DNA of 64,000 nt from Marsupella aquatica (taxonomy: Eukaryota > Plantae > Marchantiophyta), in assembly GCA_973895155.1 (NCBI GenBank), contig OZ316891.1, positions 20,162,169 to 20,226,168 of the forward strand, in the 5' to 3' direction. The notes under the pieces are model-generated. The model made no database searches. It worked only from the letters and a program-made list of their open reading frames with translations, and was not told the DNA's origin. Positions 1 to 13,290 of this stretch are shown in pieces (the first letter of the stretch is position 1; every line of letters starts with the position of its first letter). A program made the position numbers and the translations under genes.

Positions 1-1108
1 TGCAATATCCAGCCAAATAAACTCCGTCAAATTTTCCTATCTTGCATGCAATGTCTTCATGATCTCTATATGCTACGGAAGAACTGACAATCCTGTGGGA
101 GCCCATGGCAGCTGATTTTCAATGAGCAGTTCGGTAGTTTGGTTTTGCGAGCAACTTCGCCAAGAGAATTGGTACATTCCAATCTTCCTCCCACGGAGCA
201 ACAAAGTTCTGGGACACTGATCAATAAACAAACTGGAGCACCTTAACGTAAAAGGCGTAACGGTGGATAGGCACTAAAGGCAAGCATCGTTTTCTTCGGA
301 AAATTAGAAGTCTGGCACCTGCGTAATAAACACATTCACAATCCATCTTGGTGCGCCCGATACCACCAAACCTGCTCGAGCTTTAAAGTGGACGGCGATT
401 TGGCGACAGAAAAAATTGTGGGAGAAATAATAGTATGAGTTACAACGAAGCCTAAAGCCCTTGCAAATTCTTGTTTGGAATCGATGCAGACAACTCAAGG
501 ACCTCAACTGAAGGTGTAAGCAATGTAACAGGTTTCGAGCTGTGAAACCGCATTGCAAGTGTCTGGCTTCACCCTCGGCTGCTGTTTAATGGCCTCCAGG
601 ACTAGTGACAGGAACGTTGATGCTTTATAGCACTGAAATCGATAAACTTGGCTATTAAAGCATAAAACTGTCATGATATAAACCAGACAACATGTAAATA
701 TTACAACGCTATTTTTGCAATTCTTCACCACCCATATGGGAGTTTCAGTGCCTCCCAACCGAGAAGCTGAAATTCTATGTCCAGTCACTTACCTTCGGTG
801 TGACTGACAGAATGAATGCTGCAGTGACATTCCTAACAGTATGATATCCTAGGAACAGGGACTCCACTCGTTGTGCAGATTAATGCCTAGTACTATGAAA
901 GGAAATCCCAACTTCGTTGTCTTATTGTAGAATGGAATTGATAGAAAACTAATGATTAGAAACATAAATCCCCAATTGATATAACCCAATCCCGGCTACA
1001 GCCTCACCACCTCTCCATATTGATGGGATTTGAAATTCGAAGAAGCGCAACTGGAGGTATGAAGAAATATACATATGATATACATCGAACCAGCTGTCGA
1101 CCCAGCTG

Positions 1109-2296
1109 TTAGAGATCGATGGTACACATGGAATGAGAATGAAGGAAGCCAACAGAACACTGAATCCTCTCCCATACCAGTGGCTCGTCCATCACGCCCA
1201 GCCCTTGGCTATTCAGAGGCGTCAACTCCATGTGTCCCGCTGCTGTTCTGCCATAGACCAAAGCCAAAAGTTCTCCGTTGACAGCCAAAGCCGATACTGC
1301 ATCCGCAAAAGGAAGGGTCCGGTTTTTACCTCGTTGTTGGTCAAAGACATCCCACGAGATGGATTGCGAAACATTCCAAAGACGAGTAGATTCATCAAGG
1401 ACATACAGAACCTCATCCACTATCTTATGCACTCTTCCGTCGATCACCACCATCGTCTCTGCCACCACAGCTCTTGCAGAAGTGTTGAAGTTGAAGTTCT
1501 CGACTTTTCTCCAAGAATCCTGGCTGGGATTATAAACTTCAATGGGAAGAGTACCACTCCTGTGATTTCTTCCTAGAATCTTACCAAGCTGGACATAAAA
1601 TTCCCCTCCGATCACGACCACCTTATGGTGCATCCGAGTTGATAGCATTGGTGCAATTCGTCGCCACTCATCCTGCTCTGGATCGTACACTTCCGCTGCC
1701 GCCTGTGCTCCCATTCCCCCGAATACATAAATCTTCCCATCTTGGGCCTCACAGGCGAAAGCGGCCCGTCCGGTTATCATGCTCGCACATTGCTTCCAAC
1801 CTGGTTGACCTGTCAGATCGAACGCGTACACTTCATCCCTAAGCTCCAGGGGCCCCCTTCCCTTACCTCCAATTATGTACAACGTACCTCGAACGGAGAC
1901 ACAACAACATTCCTCAGGAATGCCGCTAAGGCCGGAGGGAATTTGAGGGAGCAGATGCCACGAGTTCCTAGTGGAATCGTAGACAGACAGGGCACTCACG
2001 ACGTTCCTGTACTTATTTGCTTGATCGTCGTGGATCATGGCGACCAGGGTTTGAGTGCATTTACCACGAACGCGAGCTTCATAGACATCTCGGCTCTTGA
2101 GCGCCCCTCGCCAGCCATGGCACACGGATGAAAGCACATACAGTTCGTTCCAGTGCAGTCTGGTGAGGATGTGGCTAGTAGTTACCTCATCCGGCAGCCC
2201 CGGAAGCAGACTCGGAGAATTGCTACCGTCTCCACAAAATCCAGCAGCATCTGTTCTGTGAGACCCTAGCACATATGTTGAAAACACTGATCCCAT
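1109..2296 (-). CDS. F-box/kelch-repeat protein (intronless CDS)
   Basis: F-box-like LLPGLPDEVTTSHILTRL...VCHGW, followed by kelch repeats (LYIIGG..EVYAFD..W, IYVFGG..AEVYDP..DEWRRIAPM, EVYNP..DSW). First ATG is at 2296 (MGSVFS); the ORF-track start is a TTG. Confidence 0.9.
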   Translation of the reverse strand: MGSVFSTYVLGSHRTDAAGFCGDGSNSPSLLPGLPDEVTTSHILTRLHWNELYVLSSVCHGWRGALKSRDVYEARVRGKCTQTLVAMIHDDQANKYRNVVSALSVYDSTRNSWHLLPQIPSGLSGIPEECCCVSVRGTLYIIGGKGRGPLELRDEVYAFDLTGQPGWKQCASMITGRAAFACEAQDGKIYVFGGMGAQAAAEVYDPEQDEWRRIAPMLSTRMHHKVVVIGGEFYVQLGKILGRNHRSGTLPIEVYNPSQDSWRKVENFNFNTSARAVVAETMVVIDGRVHKIVDEVLYVLDESTRLWNVSQSISWDVFDQQRGKNRTLPFADAVSALAVNGELLALVYGRTAAGHMELTPLNSQGLGVMDEPLVWERIQCSVGFLHSHSMCTIDL

Positions 2297-2879
2297 GTCC
2301 TTGGCAAACAGCAATCACCCGGCTCTCAATTGTTCCCCAGATGCCCAATTAAACTCGTAGACCCCGCCATCGTTTTCTCTGCAGGAGGGGAGGAAAAATT
2401 TGTTGTCCCCGTCCAGTCCTGAATCGAATCGCTAGAAATTATTGCAGCAGTTGCAAAGAGCTGTGATTGAGCGCTTCCTTCCGATCGACCACGGCATCAA
2501 CAAACCTCGCTCGAAATTCGCGCCGATGCTCCGTGATGAGCTTGTGATGAGCAAAGCTCGACTCGGAGGAGAAACGGAATTTGGGTTGATGAAGCTCTAG
2601 TAATCGGAAGCTGAATCGGAGGACGGGCTCCATTCGATTCTCAGCTCGCTCGTTCCATACACTCATGAAACAAAGACTTCCATATCCTCTCAAGACCTTC
2701 GACACCAATCCGATCGATGCTCGCCCCGCCCCCCTCCAAGATTTTGGGAGGGGGGCCAACGGCAGAGTGCGTCATGGAACCGCGCCTAGAGTTCTATCCT
2801 AATGAGCGCCTATGGCATAGTTTTACGATAGATATGTCAGTTTTATCATGATACTAGTCCAATACCTCTATGTTACACA

Positions 2880-3295
2880 AAAGATGTGGACATGAGAAAA
2901 AACATGGAAAAAGTTAAAAAAGATATCAATGAGAAGAAAAAATGCAAAGGTAAAAAAAATATGTCGAGGAGAGAGAAGATGGCAAGGTTAAACATGTAAA
3001 GATAATGAAAAGATGTCGATGAGAGAAAAGATATTGAAGGTGAAGGAATGTTGTTGTGGTGAGACAAAGATGTCAAGTTGATAAAAAGATGGCGAGATGA
3101 GAAAAAGATAAGGTGTCAAGGTAAAAAATATGTCAAGGAGTGAAAACAAATGTCAAGGGTGAGAGAAAAATGTAGACGGTGAGAATAAAATATTGTGGTA
3201 AGATAAAGATGACGAGCTGAGAAAAAGATGGCAAGGCAAGGAAAAGATGTTGAGGAGATGAATATGTGAAAAGATGTCAAGGCGAGACAAGAAAT
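2880..3295. repeat. Degenerate purine-rich tandem repeat, about 20-bp unit (GAGAGAAAAAGATGTCAAGGT-like)
   Basis: Many variants of aaagat(g/a)tcaag(g)tgag in tandem. Confidence 0.7.
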
Positions 3296-4390
3296 TATAA
3301 GCTTTACAATGTAGTTATCAAGACATGTTATGTGTGATCCTGACCATACACTTTTGTGGTAGTGTTCAATAACCCATCCATTATCCATTGCACATAGAAA
3401 TTTGAGAGGCGAGATAGCGGCCACCCCATCATGGAGTCCAAGCACAATCAAGGGACTGGAAAAAATATGTTTTATTTAACTTAAAATTCTTAGAGAAATA
3501 AACATTCTATATATTATTTATATTCATAGTTTTTCCAAAAAATCAATGTTTTCTCCAAATTTTCCAATTTGAGTTTAGATAATTTAAATATGAATCAATG
3601 TAATTATTTTTGAATTAAGTTCTTCATCTTGAGCAGGCGTGTTGGCTTGTTAAAGGGTATGTTGGACAGAGATTTATTTTAGATAGGGTATATGGATAAA
3701 TTTGAAGGTGTTACAAAACAATGTTTTGATGGCAGGTCAAAATTGGTTCAGGCTTTACAAAGGATTGGGGATAAGGTATTCTAGTGATAAAAAATGATAG
3801 AGGGAGGAAACGTTCATATGCATCAATGGATTCCTATGCATGGATGGTACCAAAAGGACTCTCATGCATTGGCAGCCACTTTTCTTGCTTAGGAAACCGT
3901 GTCACTTTTTCCCTTCACACCAAACACTATGTACTTAATTTTTTGTTCATCCTTCGCTTTGTCATATTCTTTACTTTTTGAGCCTGCAAATTCAAATGAC
4001 GACCACTCTATAAAAGAGTGGGACCTTGTATTATAGATCTTGATGTAATTGTGGTCGTTTAGGCAACCCAAGGGACCCTAGTGCCCTAGCCTAATTTTCA
4101 AGGTTTTCCCTTTTCTCCAGGTGGCTAAATGTCTCCCTCGCTTTGAGGATAACCATCAAATCTCCTTGGATTAAGGAGAACCCTTAGATTCTGGCTAGCA
4201 GGGTCTGTGGTTAGGTGGGAAACTACAGTAGTTGATAGAAGACAAAAAACATAACCAAATTTTCTCCAAAAGAGATAAAGACTTTTTTAAAGGGTGGACT
4301 GTAGCTAATTTTTAGGTGGAAAACTAGTGAATGGAAGACAAAAAAAACATAACCAATGCGAAGTACCACTTCTTGTGAGATGACTCCTGA

Positions 4391-4521
4391 GCCCATAGAG
4401 GCATGGCTGTGCGATAGCTCACGTGAGTTGAAATGCATTGGTCTAGGGTTCAAATGTTGTGACTGATTGTTCCCATTCTGTGGGGTTTCGCAGATTCCCC
4501 CTTAATTTACGTATTAAAAAA
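4391..4521 (+). mobile_element. Short tRNA-derived SINE-like insertion with 13-bp TSD
   Basis: AGATGACTCCTGA at 4378-4390 and 4522-4534 flanks about 130 bp carrying an A-box-like TAGAGGCATGG, a B-box-like GGTTCAAATG and a terminal A run. Confidence 0.7.
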
Positions 4522-5989
4522 AGATGACTCCTGACCCTAAATCTTTTGAAATGAAGGAGCCAAAGTTTGGAAAGTTTGGAGGAGCTCTAGAAAAATAAGC
4601 ATTCCACATAAGCATTTACTTGGGCCCATTGCTTGTCATGTAGGATTGATAGACATCATACCTTAATGGGCCTTAGTTCTTCCAAAGGTAACTCCAGCCC
4701 TTTCCACCTATTACAGAGTCTAGATTTAATCTCAAAAGAGAATGAAAGAAGACAAGGCCCCCCGCATCTTGTAAAGCCACTTTAACCATTGCAGCAAGTC
4801 AGCCCTTGATTGTCTGACATGGCAAAAGGACAACCGGGGAAAAAGCTCACATTGGCAATATTGAAGTTGGGGCACATGATTGCAAGGCAGTCAATACATT
4901 TTGAGGTGGATGCAGTTTGGGACCACCTCATTAGAATGATTTGTTCAGAATGCAACCCAGTCTCAACAGGCAAGAGACAGTGCAACTACCATAGTCAGGC
5001 AAATGGGGGCACTATGAGAGAAGCAACTTGGCAATGGTGCCACTGTACTCAGAGGAAAACCTGGTGGATCCCAGTTACCAAAATTAGTCAATGATGTTCT
5101 TGAGAAAATTAAAAAGTGCACTATTCTGTTCTCTCGGGACTTGTTGGACACTGGCGTTCAAATTGACTATGGCCCTTGGTGCCTTTCTTGCCAATCAGAA
5201 AACCCAAAAAAACAACATGCTATATATGAATGACCTCTTTAAACAGTCACATTCAAATCTAAAATCTCTTCGCAAGCAGGTACTTAAGAAAATTAAGATA
5301 GCTAGAAAAGAACAAGAAATATAACTTTAGTGTTCGAAAGTTAACTTTTGGATCCCTTTCTCCCCCAAACGGTTTCCTGTATCAAGAGGGATTGTAGTGA
5401 AGAACAATTGCCTCAAACATACTCCAGTCACCTCTACTCTGGACCAACTACCTTAGTGTCGTCCCAGTTTGCAAAGGACCTGTGCAAAACATTGATTATT
5501 TTTCATTTGAAGAAATATTGCAGGGCAGAACCATTACTCTCTTATTTTTCATTTTCATTTTAACTACGATGTATACTGTCAAAAGTTAGTGTTTTTACAC
5601 CAGGACTCTTAGAATATTTTTAGACTCTACATGACAAAATATTTTGTTAATTAGGCCCAAAATTTTGATAATTATTTGTTTAGTGTGCAAACCTGGATGG
5701 CATTACAGTAGAGAACAAAGCCCAAATGGACCGAGCACTTTGTCAAAAAGCCTTGATAGACTTTGACAACCTCTATGGACCAAGCTGGGTCATCATTTTT
5801 CACTGACATAACACCTGTTACACTTCTGTCCTAATTGTGACCTGTAAGAGCATTCCGACTAGTTGCACTAAGTAGTCTGTCCGGTTGCAACATGCCTATC
5901 CTCTTCTGTTTGGTTTCTTAATTTGTTTAGCACTGCAAAAGTAAAAATTCATAAGACAATCATGGTAAAATTGGTAAAGTGCATATTAT

Positions 5990-6245
5990 AGTTTTTATTT
6001 ATAAATATGTGGTTGGCTTAACTAGACTGGACTAACCCAAGATGACATGTAATTAGTCTGGGACACATGGGGGGCTCATAATATGTCCAGGCTAAAACAT
6101 ATGACTGTGAAGATAACCTCGTCCAAAGTTGGAGGAGTTTTGCATGGTCCAATTGTGAGCCTCCCTGTGTCTGCTCACCAATTGCCTACAATCTTGCGTT
6201 AGTATAGTTGAAGTACACGAACCCATCTATCGATTTATATAATTG
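5990..6245. repeat. Degenerate inverted repeat (old foldback/MITE remnant)
   Basis: Reverse complement of about 5995-6088 (tggacatattatgagccccccatgtgtc...atcttgggttagt) aligns loosely with about 6145-6243 (tggtccaattgtgagcctccctgtgtc...atcttgcgttagt). Confidence 0.5.
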
Positions 6246-6572
6246 AGATCAAAATTTTATTTTTCATGGTTTACTGTCTAGAGTGAACCCCTAGATTGTG
6301 ACGTTAGAAAGTGACTGAAATTAAGGGTGCAAGTGTAAACCGAGGATTGGGGGTTATATGAGTCTCTCAAAAAGTAGAGGGCGGACTTGAAATGTACTCA
6401 TCTCTAAAAGAACACGCACTCAGGCACAATAGTGCGAGTACAAAAAATGGTGGATAACCATCATTAATCTAAATTTTGGGGGCAGATTAGTGCTACCGTA
6501 GGACACAAAATGGTGGATAATGTGATAAAACTGATTGCGGTTATGCACGGTGACCTGTAGTCCACTGTAAAT

Positions 6573-6760
6573 CGACCGGTAAATGTTTTGGCCCTGCGCC
6601 TGAAGTCGTTGGGCTAGTGGGCAGGCACCCGAATCCGACCGGTAAGTGCTCTGGCCGATCGCCTGAAGTCGTTGGGCTAGTCGGCAAGCACCCGAAGCCG
6701 ACCGGTAAGTGCTCTGGCCGAGGGCCTGAAGTCGTTGGGCTAGTCGTCACCCGAATGCCG
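6573..6760. repeat. 63-bp tandem repeat, about 3 copies
   Basis: gaccggtaa(a/g)tg..tggcc....gcctgaagtcgttgggctagt.ggca.gcacccgaa.cc repeated three times. Confidence 0.9.
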
Positions 6761-7534
6761 GAATGCGTCAATGTTATGTGACCGGCGGGATCGGATCGGG
6801 ATCGGGATACAGGCAGGGTTCATGGCGCGGTGACTGGCCACGAAGTTCTTTCCAAGCGAGCTTTTCGAAGCAAAGCGACGATGGTCTGAACTCGGAAGGA
6901 CTGTGCACTACTGTGGGTTCGGTTGTCGTCGGGAATTGTCGGGGAGAGCTGCTGCTGCTGCTCCATTTTCATTTTCATCGGCATCTTCATCTTCAATTCG
7001 TCGTCATCATCTACATCGCCCGCGAAGAGAAAAGGGTGGGATTGGTTGGAGGCCATTACAATCATCCACGAGTCGAAGGAGACGGAGGACGACGATGGAG
7101 GTTGCTTGTGCTGGATGGCCCCGCTCGCGCCTTGGAATGTGTTAGGTTCGTCACCTCCCAGGGTAGGGTTTCGGTAAGATTTTTCGGAATTGCGTAGAAG
7201 AGCGCAGGGTAGGGTTTCGAGAAGGTTGAAGAATTGTTGATTTTGGGAGACGTGGGAGGGACGCATTTCTGTGGATGGAGGCTATCGGCCTCCTTTGAAC
7301 GTGATTTGGTCGAACAATTGAGGCCGCCCTGCTGACGGTCGCTTTCCTGCCCATGGTGTCGGAGCTACCGTTTAGGGATGAAGATACTAGAGTGATTTGA
7401 CGTCGTCAAGCGATTTCGATTGCCTGGGTGTCTCCGGTTGGGGGTTCGCCTGGATAGGGTTTTTGAAGGAAGGGAGGAAGACAAGGAGGAAGTGAGGGAG
7501 GGCAGCACAGAAAGTGAGCATCGCCTTGACCACC

Positions 7535-10500
7535 ATGGCTTGGCGGCGGCTAGTAGAACAGGTGGCTCTTCTCACTTAATCTTTGTTCGTCGTGGGGTTT
7601 GGTATGTTTGTTTAGGAATCACAACGTTGTAGGAGAAATTTAGAATTATTTGGCTACTTCGATTTTGTTGACTCTCTAATTTCGGGGGGAGGGGGAGAAG
7701 TCGTAGCTAATGCTGAGACCGAGCTTTCTCAATTTGATTGAGTAAACGCGCTAGAAAATCGCATTTCGAACCCTAAAATACTCTGGTGCGATTTTTTGTG
7801 TCGTATACTAGTGAATCGGCCCTTTTTAGTACTTTTGCTGTCATCATACCCGAATCCCTAGATTAGAATGAAGAGAAGCGTTGGCTCGTTCACTATAAAT
7901 CTGCCGATAACTCTGGAATGTTCAGTTACACTCCGACTCAGTGCATATCAAGGAAGGCCAATCTTGGAAAAACGTTTTGTCGGCTCCATACTTCTCGCAG
8001 ATGTCTCCTCTTTTCCTCAACATCTAATAATCGGAGGCTGCCATTTAATAAATTGAATAGAGCTTGTACTAAGGAGAAGGGCGAGGTGTCTCCAGCTTTT
8101 CTAGATAATATATTATCATCGTACAGGGCAGTCTATGGTGTTTAGTTGCAGAGAGAGGAATTTTTATGTCACAGTGATTTGCTGTTTATTTTACGGTAAA
8201 GTAGCCATCTTTTAATCCAAGAGTTGGCAGTATCTGACCTCTTTAACGCTGCACTGGTCTCAACACATCCCATAAGTAAATTTTGGATTAACTTTAATTT
8301 GGTTATATATGACCTGTTTGTGTAAACATTACTTCATGTACTCTGCAGGGCGGATACGCAGTGAAGCAGGTTGCAACCTCCTCAGCATTGGTTGGACTCA
8401 CGAATAGTTTGAGGACATCCTTGTTCGAAATTAGGTCACATGCCCATAGTCTTTCTGATGGAGGTTCGTACCTTTCTCCGTTGTTTGTTCAAGATTCGCA
8501 AATCATTCTGATTGCGGCTCTATGGTTTAGCTGTGGTCAATCTTCTGTTTTAAGGATTTGGTGCTTGTCTGTTTGATCGGGAGCTCGAAGTACCCAGATG
8601 TCGGCAAGGTGGCTGTGTCATTCTCACACCAGGCAAGATGTGAATGTTTTGGAGCCAGTTAATGCAAGATGTTCTTGCTCATTGGAGCGTTTACTGAATG
8701 ATCCTACTCCATAGTTCGAAGTGATTCCTGACACCGTTTGCAAAATTTTGTAGGCTTGTCTTTTCGGCACTATCAAAAGCGTGAGATGTCAAGTTACCTG
8801 AATGCTTTTTCTCGAAAACTGGATCAGCTGGACCGGGAGTCCGGAAAATACGAGGCAGACGACAAGCATGCATTTCTGCTGAAGGAATTGAACCGAGTTG
8901 ATCCGGAAGGGGTCATAAGATGGTTCGAGAGTCAGCCTGGATCTCATCACACCCCAGGAACTATAGCGGAGTACGTGAAAGCTTTGGTGAAAGTTGACAG
9001 ACTCGATGAGAGTGCGCTCTTCAAGACGTTACAGCAAGGTCGTGCTGTTCAGATCCTTTATAACCTTTTAGGTTTCCACATGCATAGAATCATATACAAG
9101 ATAATGGTCTAAGCTTCACTCCTCTCTCACTCGTAAGTCTAGATATACGTGGGTTGGCACAATTAGAAAATGGCGTTGCATTTTCTATAAGAGAAGTCAT
9201 GTGAGTTGGGAGGGCAGTCATTGTGCAATCCCCCTTTTAGCTTGTGCTTCTCATTACTGCTATGCTCACTTATGAACTATTTTCATCTCTACCTTTATTT
9301 CTATTGCTTGCAAAGGGGTTTCTATGGATGGATCTGGAAAACCTTAAGTGTTCACTTTGTTTTGTTAGCCAGGTGAGATTAAGTTATAGTCCACGGTTAC
9401 AGGTGGATGTATCAATTTTAGAGTCGAATCACCTGTCTGATGTTGGTCCCTCGTGTGCACGTCACTGTACAGGAGCACTTGCATCGATGCACGGGATGCG
9501 AGCCGAACCGATGCCCAACATTTCAGGGTCATCTCCCGTGCTTGGAAATGTAGGAATGGCTACCAAAGAAGGAGCTTTGGGAACGCCAAGTGCTCCCATC
9601 CACATGGTTACTGCAGAGGGAGGACTGAAAGTTCAGGCATGGCGAACGTTACGAACGTTGGCATTGGGTTTTCTTCTCCTCTCTGGCGTTGGAGCCCTTA
9701 TAGAAGACCGTGGAATTGGCAAGGGTGAGTTTCCGAAACCCAGTAGATATCTACCTATCGCTGTAGTATCCCTTTATCTTAGGTGATCTCAGGAGGAAAG
9801 TTCCTTGTGCCCTTGTGCCAAGTTCCGATGATGGTTGATCGATCACAGTCAGTCGTGAAGCGACGCCCGGCCCATTGTTTCCATATTCTGGTCCCAAAGG
9901 AAAAAGTTCTTTTGCTGGCGGAAGTCAGGGAAAGAGGCTTTGGGGATCTTGATGATCTTCAGTCTTATAATTGGGCTGGCTTGTGTCGTCTGTAATCTCC
10001 TCTCACACAAGAGTAACTGCCTATGGACATGAGTGCACTGCAAACTACTTATGTCGAAACCGCATTCCCATGACACACTGCGGCATTAGAACAGCAAAGA
10101 ACTACCTCCTTTTGTGATTTTTGGCGCTGCTTATGTCTAGGCTTTGGTGAGTTGAAATGACGACTGGAGGTCCGGTTGATACGGATTCAAGTGGAGGTGT
10201 AATGGACGCTCTGCACCAAGTCACTCATGCCACTGATTCAATTGGCAGGGCTGGGTTTGAATGAGGAGGTGCAACCAAGCATTGAATCAAACACAAAGTT
10301 CAGTGACGTGAAGGGTGTGGATGAAGCCAAGGCGGAGCTAGAGGAAATAGTCCATTATCTTCGAGATCCCAAGGTAAAGTACCTCTATAGCTTTCAAGAA
10401 GTACTTAGCCTAGATACCTTTGCTTACAGATTCTGCATCTACCATGTGACGGGAGTATCATTACTTAAACTGCCTCTAATAAGTCTCCTATTCTTCGTCT

Positions 10501-12240
10501 TTTGTGCTGAGTAGCGATTTACAAGGCTTGGAGGGAAGTTGCCGAAAGGAGTCTTGCTGGTTGGGCCACCAGGCACTGGCAAGACAATGCTGGCACGGGC
10601 CATTGCTGGTGAAGCTGGGGTGCCCTTTTTCTATTGCAGTGGGAGTGAATTCGAGGAAATGTTTGTGGGTGTTGGGGCTCGAAGGGTGCGAGACCTTTTC
10701 TCTGCAGCAAAGAAACGATCTCCGTGCATCATATTCATGGATGAGATTGATGCCATTGGTGGAAGCAGGAATCCTAAGGACCAGCAATATATGAAAATGA
10801 CATTGAATCAACTTTTGGTAGAGCTGGATGGATTTAAGCAAAACGAGGGTATCATCGTTATAGCAGCCACTAATTTTCCAGAATCATTGGATAAAGCATT
10901 GGTTCGCCCTGGTCGTTTTGATCGTCATGTGGTGGTACCAAATCCTGATGTTGGAGGACGGAGACAGATTCTAGAGGCGCACATGTCTAAGGTTTGGTTT
11001 GCATCCACGTGTCCCTTCCGTTCTGTCAACATATTGCAAAATGTGGTCTTGACTAGAGTAAATTTAATATCAGTGAATTGAGGCAAATGAAGAAGATGGT
11101 GCAGACTTCTATGTATTATTCCTGAGTTGCAATAGAGTACCATGGTTTGGTTGGTTAGAAAGCAGTAATTTCAGGATGCCATAGTATATGAAATTGTCTC
11201 ACATAATTGAAGTTTGTGGTGTGCAATGAACAGGTACCAAAAGCAGAGGATGTGGATCTTTCTATTATTGCACGAGGCACGCCAGGGTTCTCCGGTGCAG
11301 ATCTGGCTAATTTAGTCAATGTCTCTGCATTGAAGGCTGCAATGGATGGCCAAAAGTCTGTCAGTATGACAGATCTCGAGTATGCCAAAGATAAGATAAT
11401 GATGGGCAGTGAGCGCAAATCAGCTGTCATATCAGAGGAGTCAAGGAGACTAACTGCATACCATGAAGGAGGCCATGCTCTTGTAGCCCTCTACACTGAC
11501 GGTATGGGTTTAAATTCCAAATCTAGAATCGACCTATTGTTAGCATTGTGTTCTTAATACAAGCAACATGTTGATTCGAATCTATTGATGAATCTGGAGT
11601 GGAATTTATCGTGTCAGGTGCTCTTTCTGTGCATAAGGCAACAATTGTACCTCGAGGTATGGCTTTGGGGATGGTGTCACAACTGCCAGAGAAAGATGAA
11701 ACAAGCTTTTCTCGCAAGCAAATGTTGGCCCGCTTAGATGTTTGCATGGGTGGTCGTGTAGCTGAAGAACTGATATTTGGAGAAGGAGAGGTCACATCTG
11801 GTGCCTCGTCAGACATTGTCTCAGCCACAAGGTTGGCTAGAGAAATGGTGACCAAGTATGGAATGAGCAAAGCAGTTGGGGTGGTAGCACATAACTATGA
11901 GGATGACGGTAAGAGCATGAGTACCGAGACACGTTTATTGGTAGAGCAGGAGGTTAGGGATTTGCTGCAAAACGCATATGAGAATGCCAAACTCATCCTC
12001 ACCACTCGCCAAAGAGAGCTTCACACTCTTGCCAATGCTTTGATGGAGAGGGAGACTCTCACAGGAACTCAAATCAAGGCATTGCTTGCAAATGTTAGCT
12101 CTCCCACTCCTAAACCTGTCCCCATGACGACACTTCCCTCCCCTTCATCAGCTGCAGCTTCAGCTGCTGGGGCTGCAGCAGCGGCCGCAGCAGCAGCAGC
12201 AGCCAAGGCAAAGTCTGTTACACAACCAGCAGGGACATGA
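7535..12240 (+). CDS. FTSH4: Mitochondrial ATP-dependent zinc metalloprotease FtsH4 (i-AAA/YME1-type)
   Basis: Exons 7535-7561 (MAWRRLVEQ), 8349-8463, 8754-9038, 9473-9724, 10249-10373, 10515-10991, 11234-11501 and 11638-12240 join in frame at GT/AG sites. Walker A GPPGTGKT, Walker [23 protein letters not shown] zinc motif, one TM segment and an Ala-rich C-tail, as in plant FtsH4. Confidence 0.96.
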
Positions 12241-13074
12241 CGATCGAGGAGGTTGGCATTCATACATGTTCCTCAGTACTCTCCCAATGAATCATGCCAA
12301 TCTACCCTTTAAACATTTGCAGGAGGGAGATCCTTCAAACTTACATTCGGCTCTCCCAACCCGTAAATAAATTATCGTCTGGATCTCTTCCATCTGATAT
12401 CGCTGGAAGGTGATCTTTAAATGTAAATTGATAGAGACCGGAGAACCCGGAAGCCTGGTGGCAGATTTGGCGGTAATTGAGGAACTAGGGTGTCCCGCCA
12501 CTCAGGACGCAGTGAATTTTGACTCTTCGCAGTCTTCAGCAATGGAGTCCATGATTCTGATTTGCCTGATATCCATCTCATTACTGGATGAGGTACCTTA
12601 TCGGACATTGAAGGCGGATGGATTCAGACAGGGAAGTGGTGGTTTCATGGACATCACTCCCTTCAGATATTGTTCAAAGCGGGCTGTTTTCTGTGGCCCC
12701 CAGTTCAGGAATCTATAGTGGCACTACTGCTGCCTTTTATATACGTTCCGTCGCCGCAGAGTTGGGTTTGCCCTAGCATTTTGTGAATGTACCCATTTTT
12801 ACATAGTCTCTCCATTCGAGAGTGGATCAGTTATAACAGATTTGCATACTTTAGACCAAAGGTCAAAATGCAAGATATGTGCTGGTTTCTATACAGTGCT
12901 TGAACTTTATAGCTTGCGGGTATTGGTGTACACAGTGGACTGGTTCTGCAACGGATTTCACATGTACCTCACAACTTGTCATTGACCGAGTGTTGTGGTT
13001 ATACTTGTAAATGTCAAAGACGTGAATGCTACCGACGGTTCATGAATAAATGTCTGCGCTGTAAAAAATAAACG

Positions 13075-13290
13075 CGATTCATCCATCGGCACTGTGTAGG
13101 GAAAGAAATAAAAAGCTGCACTTGGTCAGATGTGTAGGAAGTGATTCATATGTGGGAGCAGTGTGTCGGGAAAGAAATAAAAAGTTCTCACTTGGCAAGA
13201 TTGTGCAGAATGTGATTCATCTATCTTGAGTGCAATAAAAAGCTTCACTAGGTAAGATGTGTAGAATATGATTCATCTGTGGGCGCGGTG
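13075..13290. repeat. Degenerate tandem repeat, about 65-70 bp, 3-4 copies
   Basis: gattcat...aataaaaag..cact(t/a)gg...agat(g/t)tgt.gaa recurs. Confidence 0.65.
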
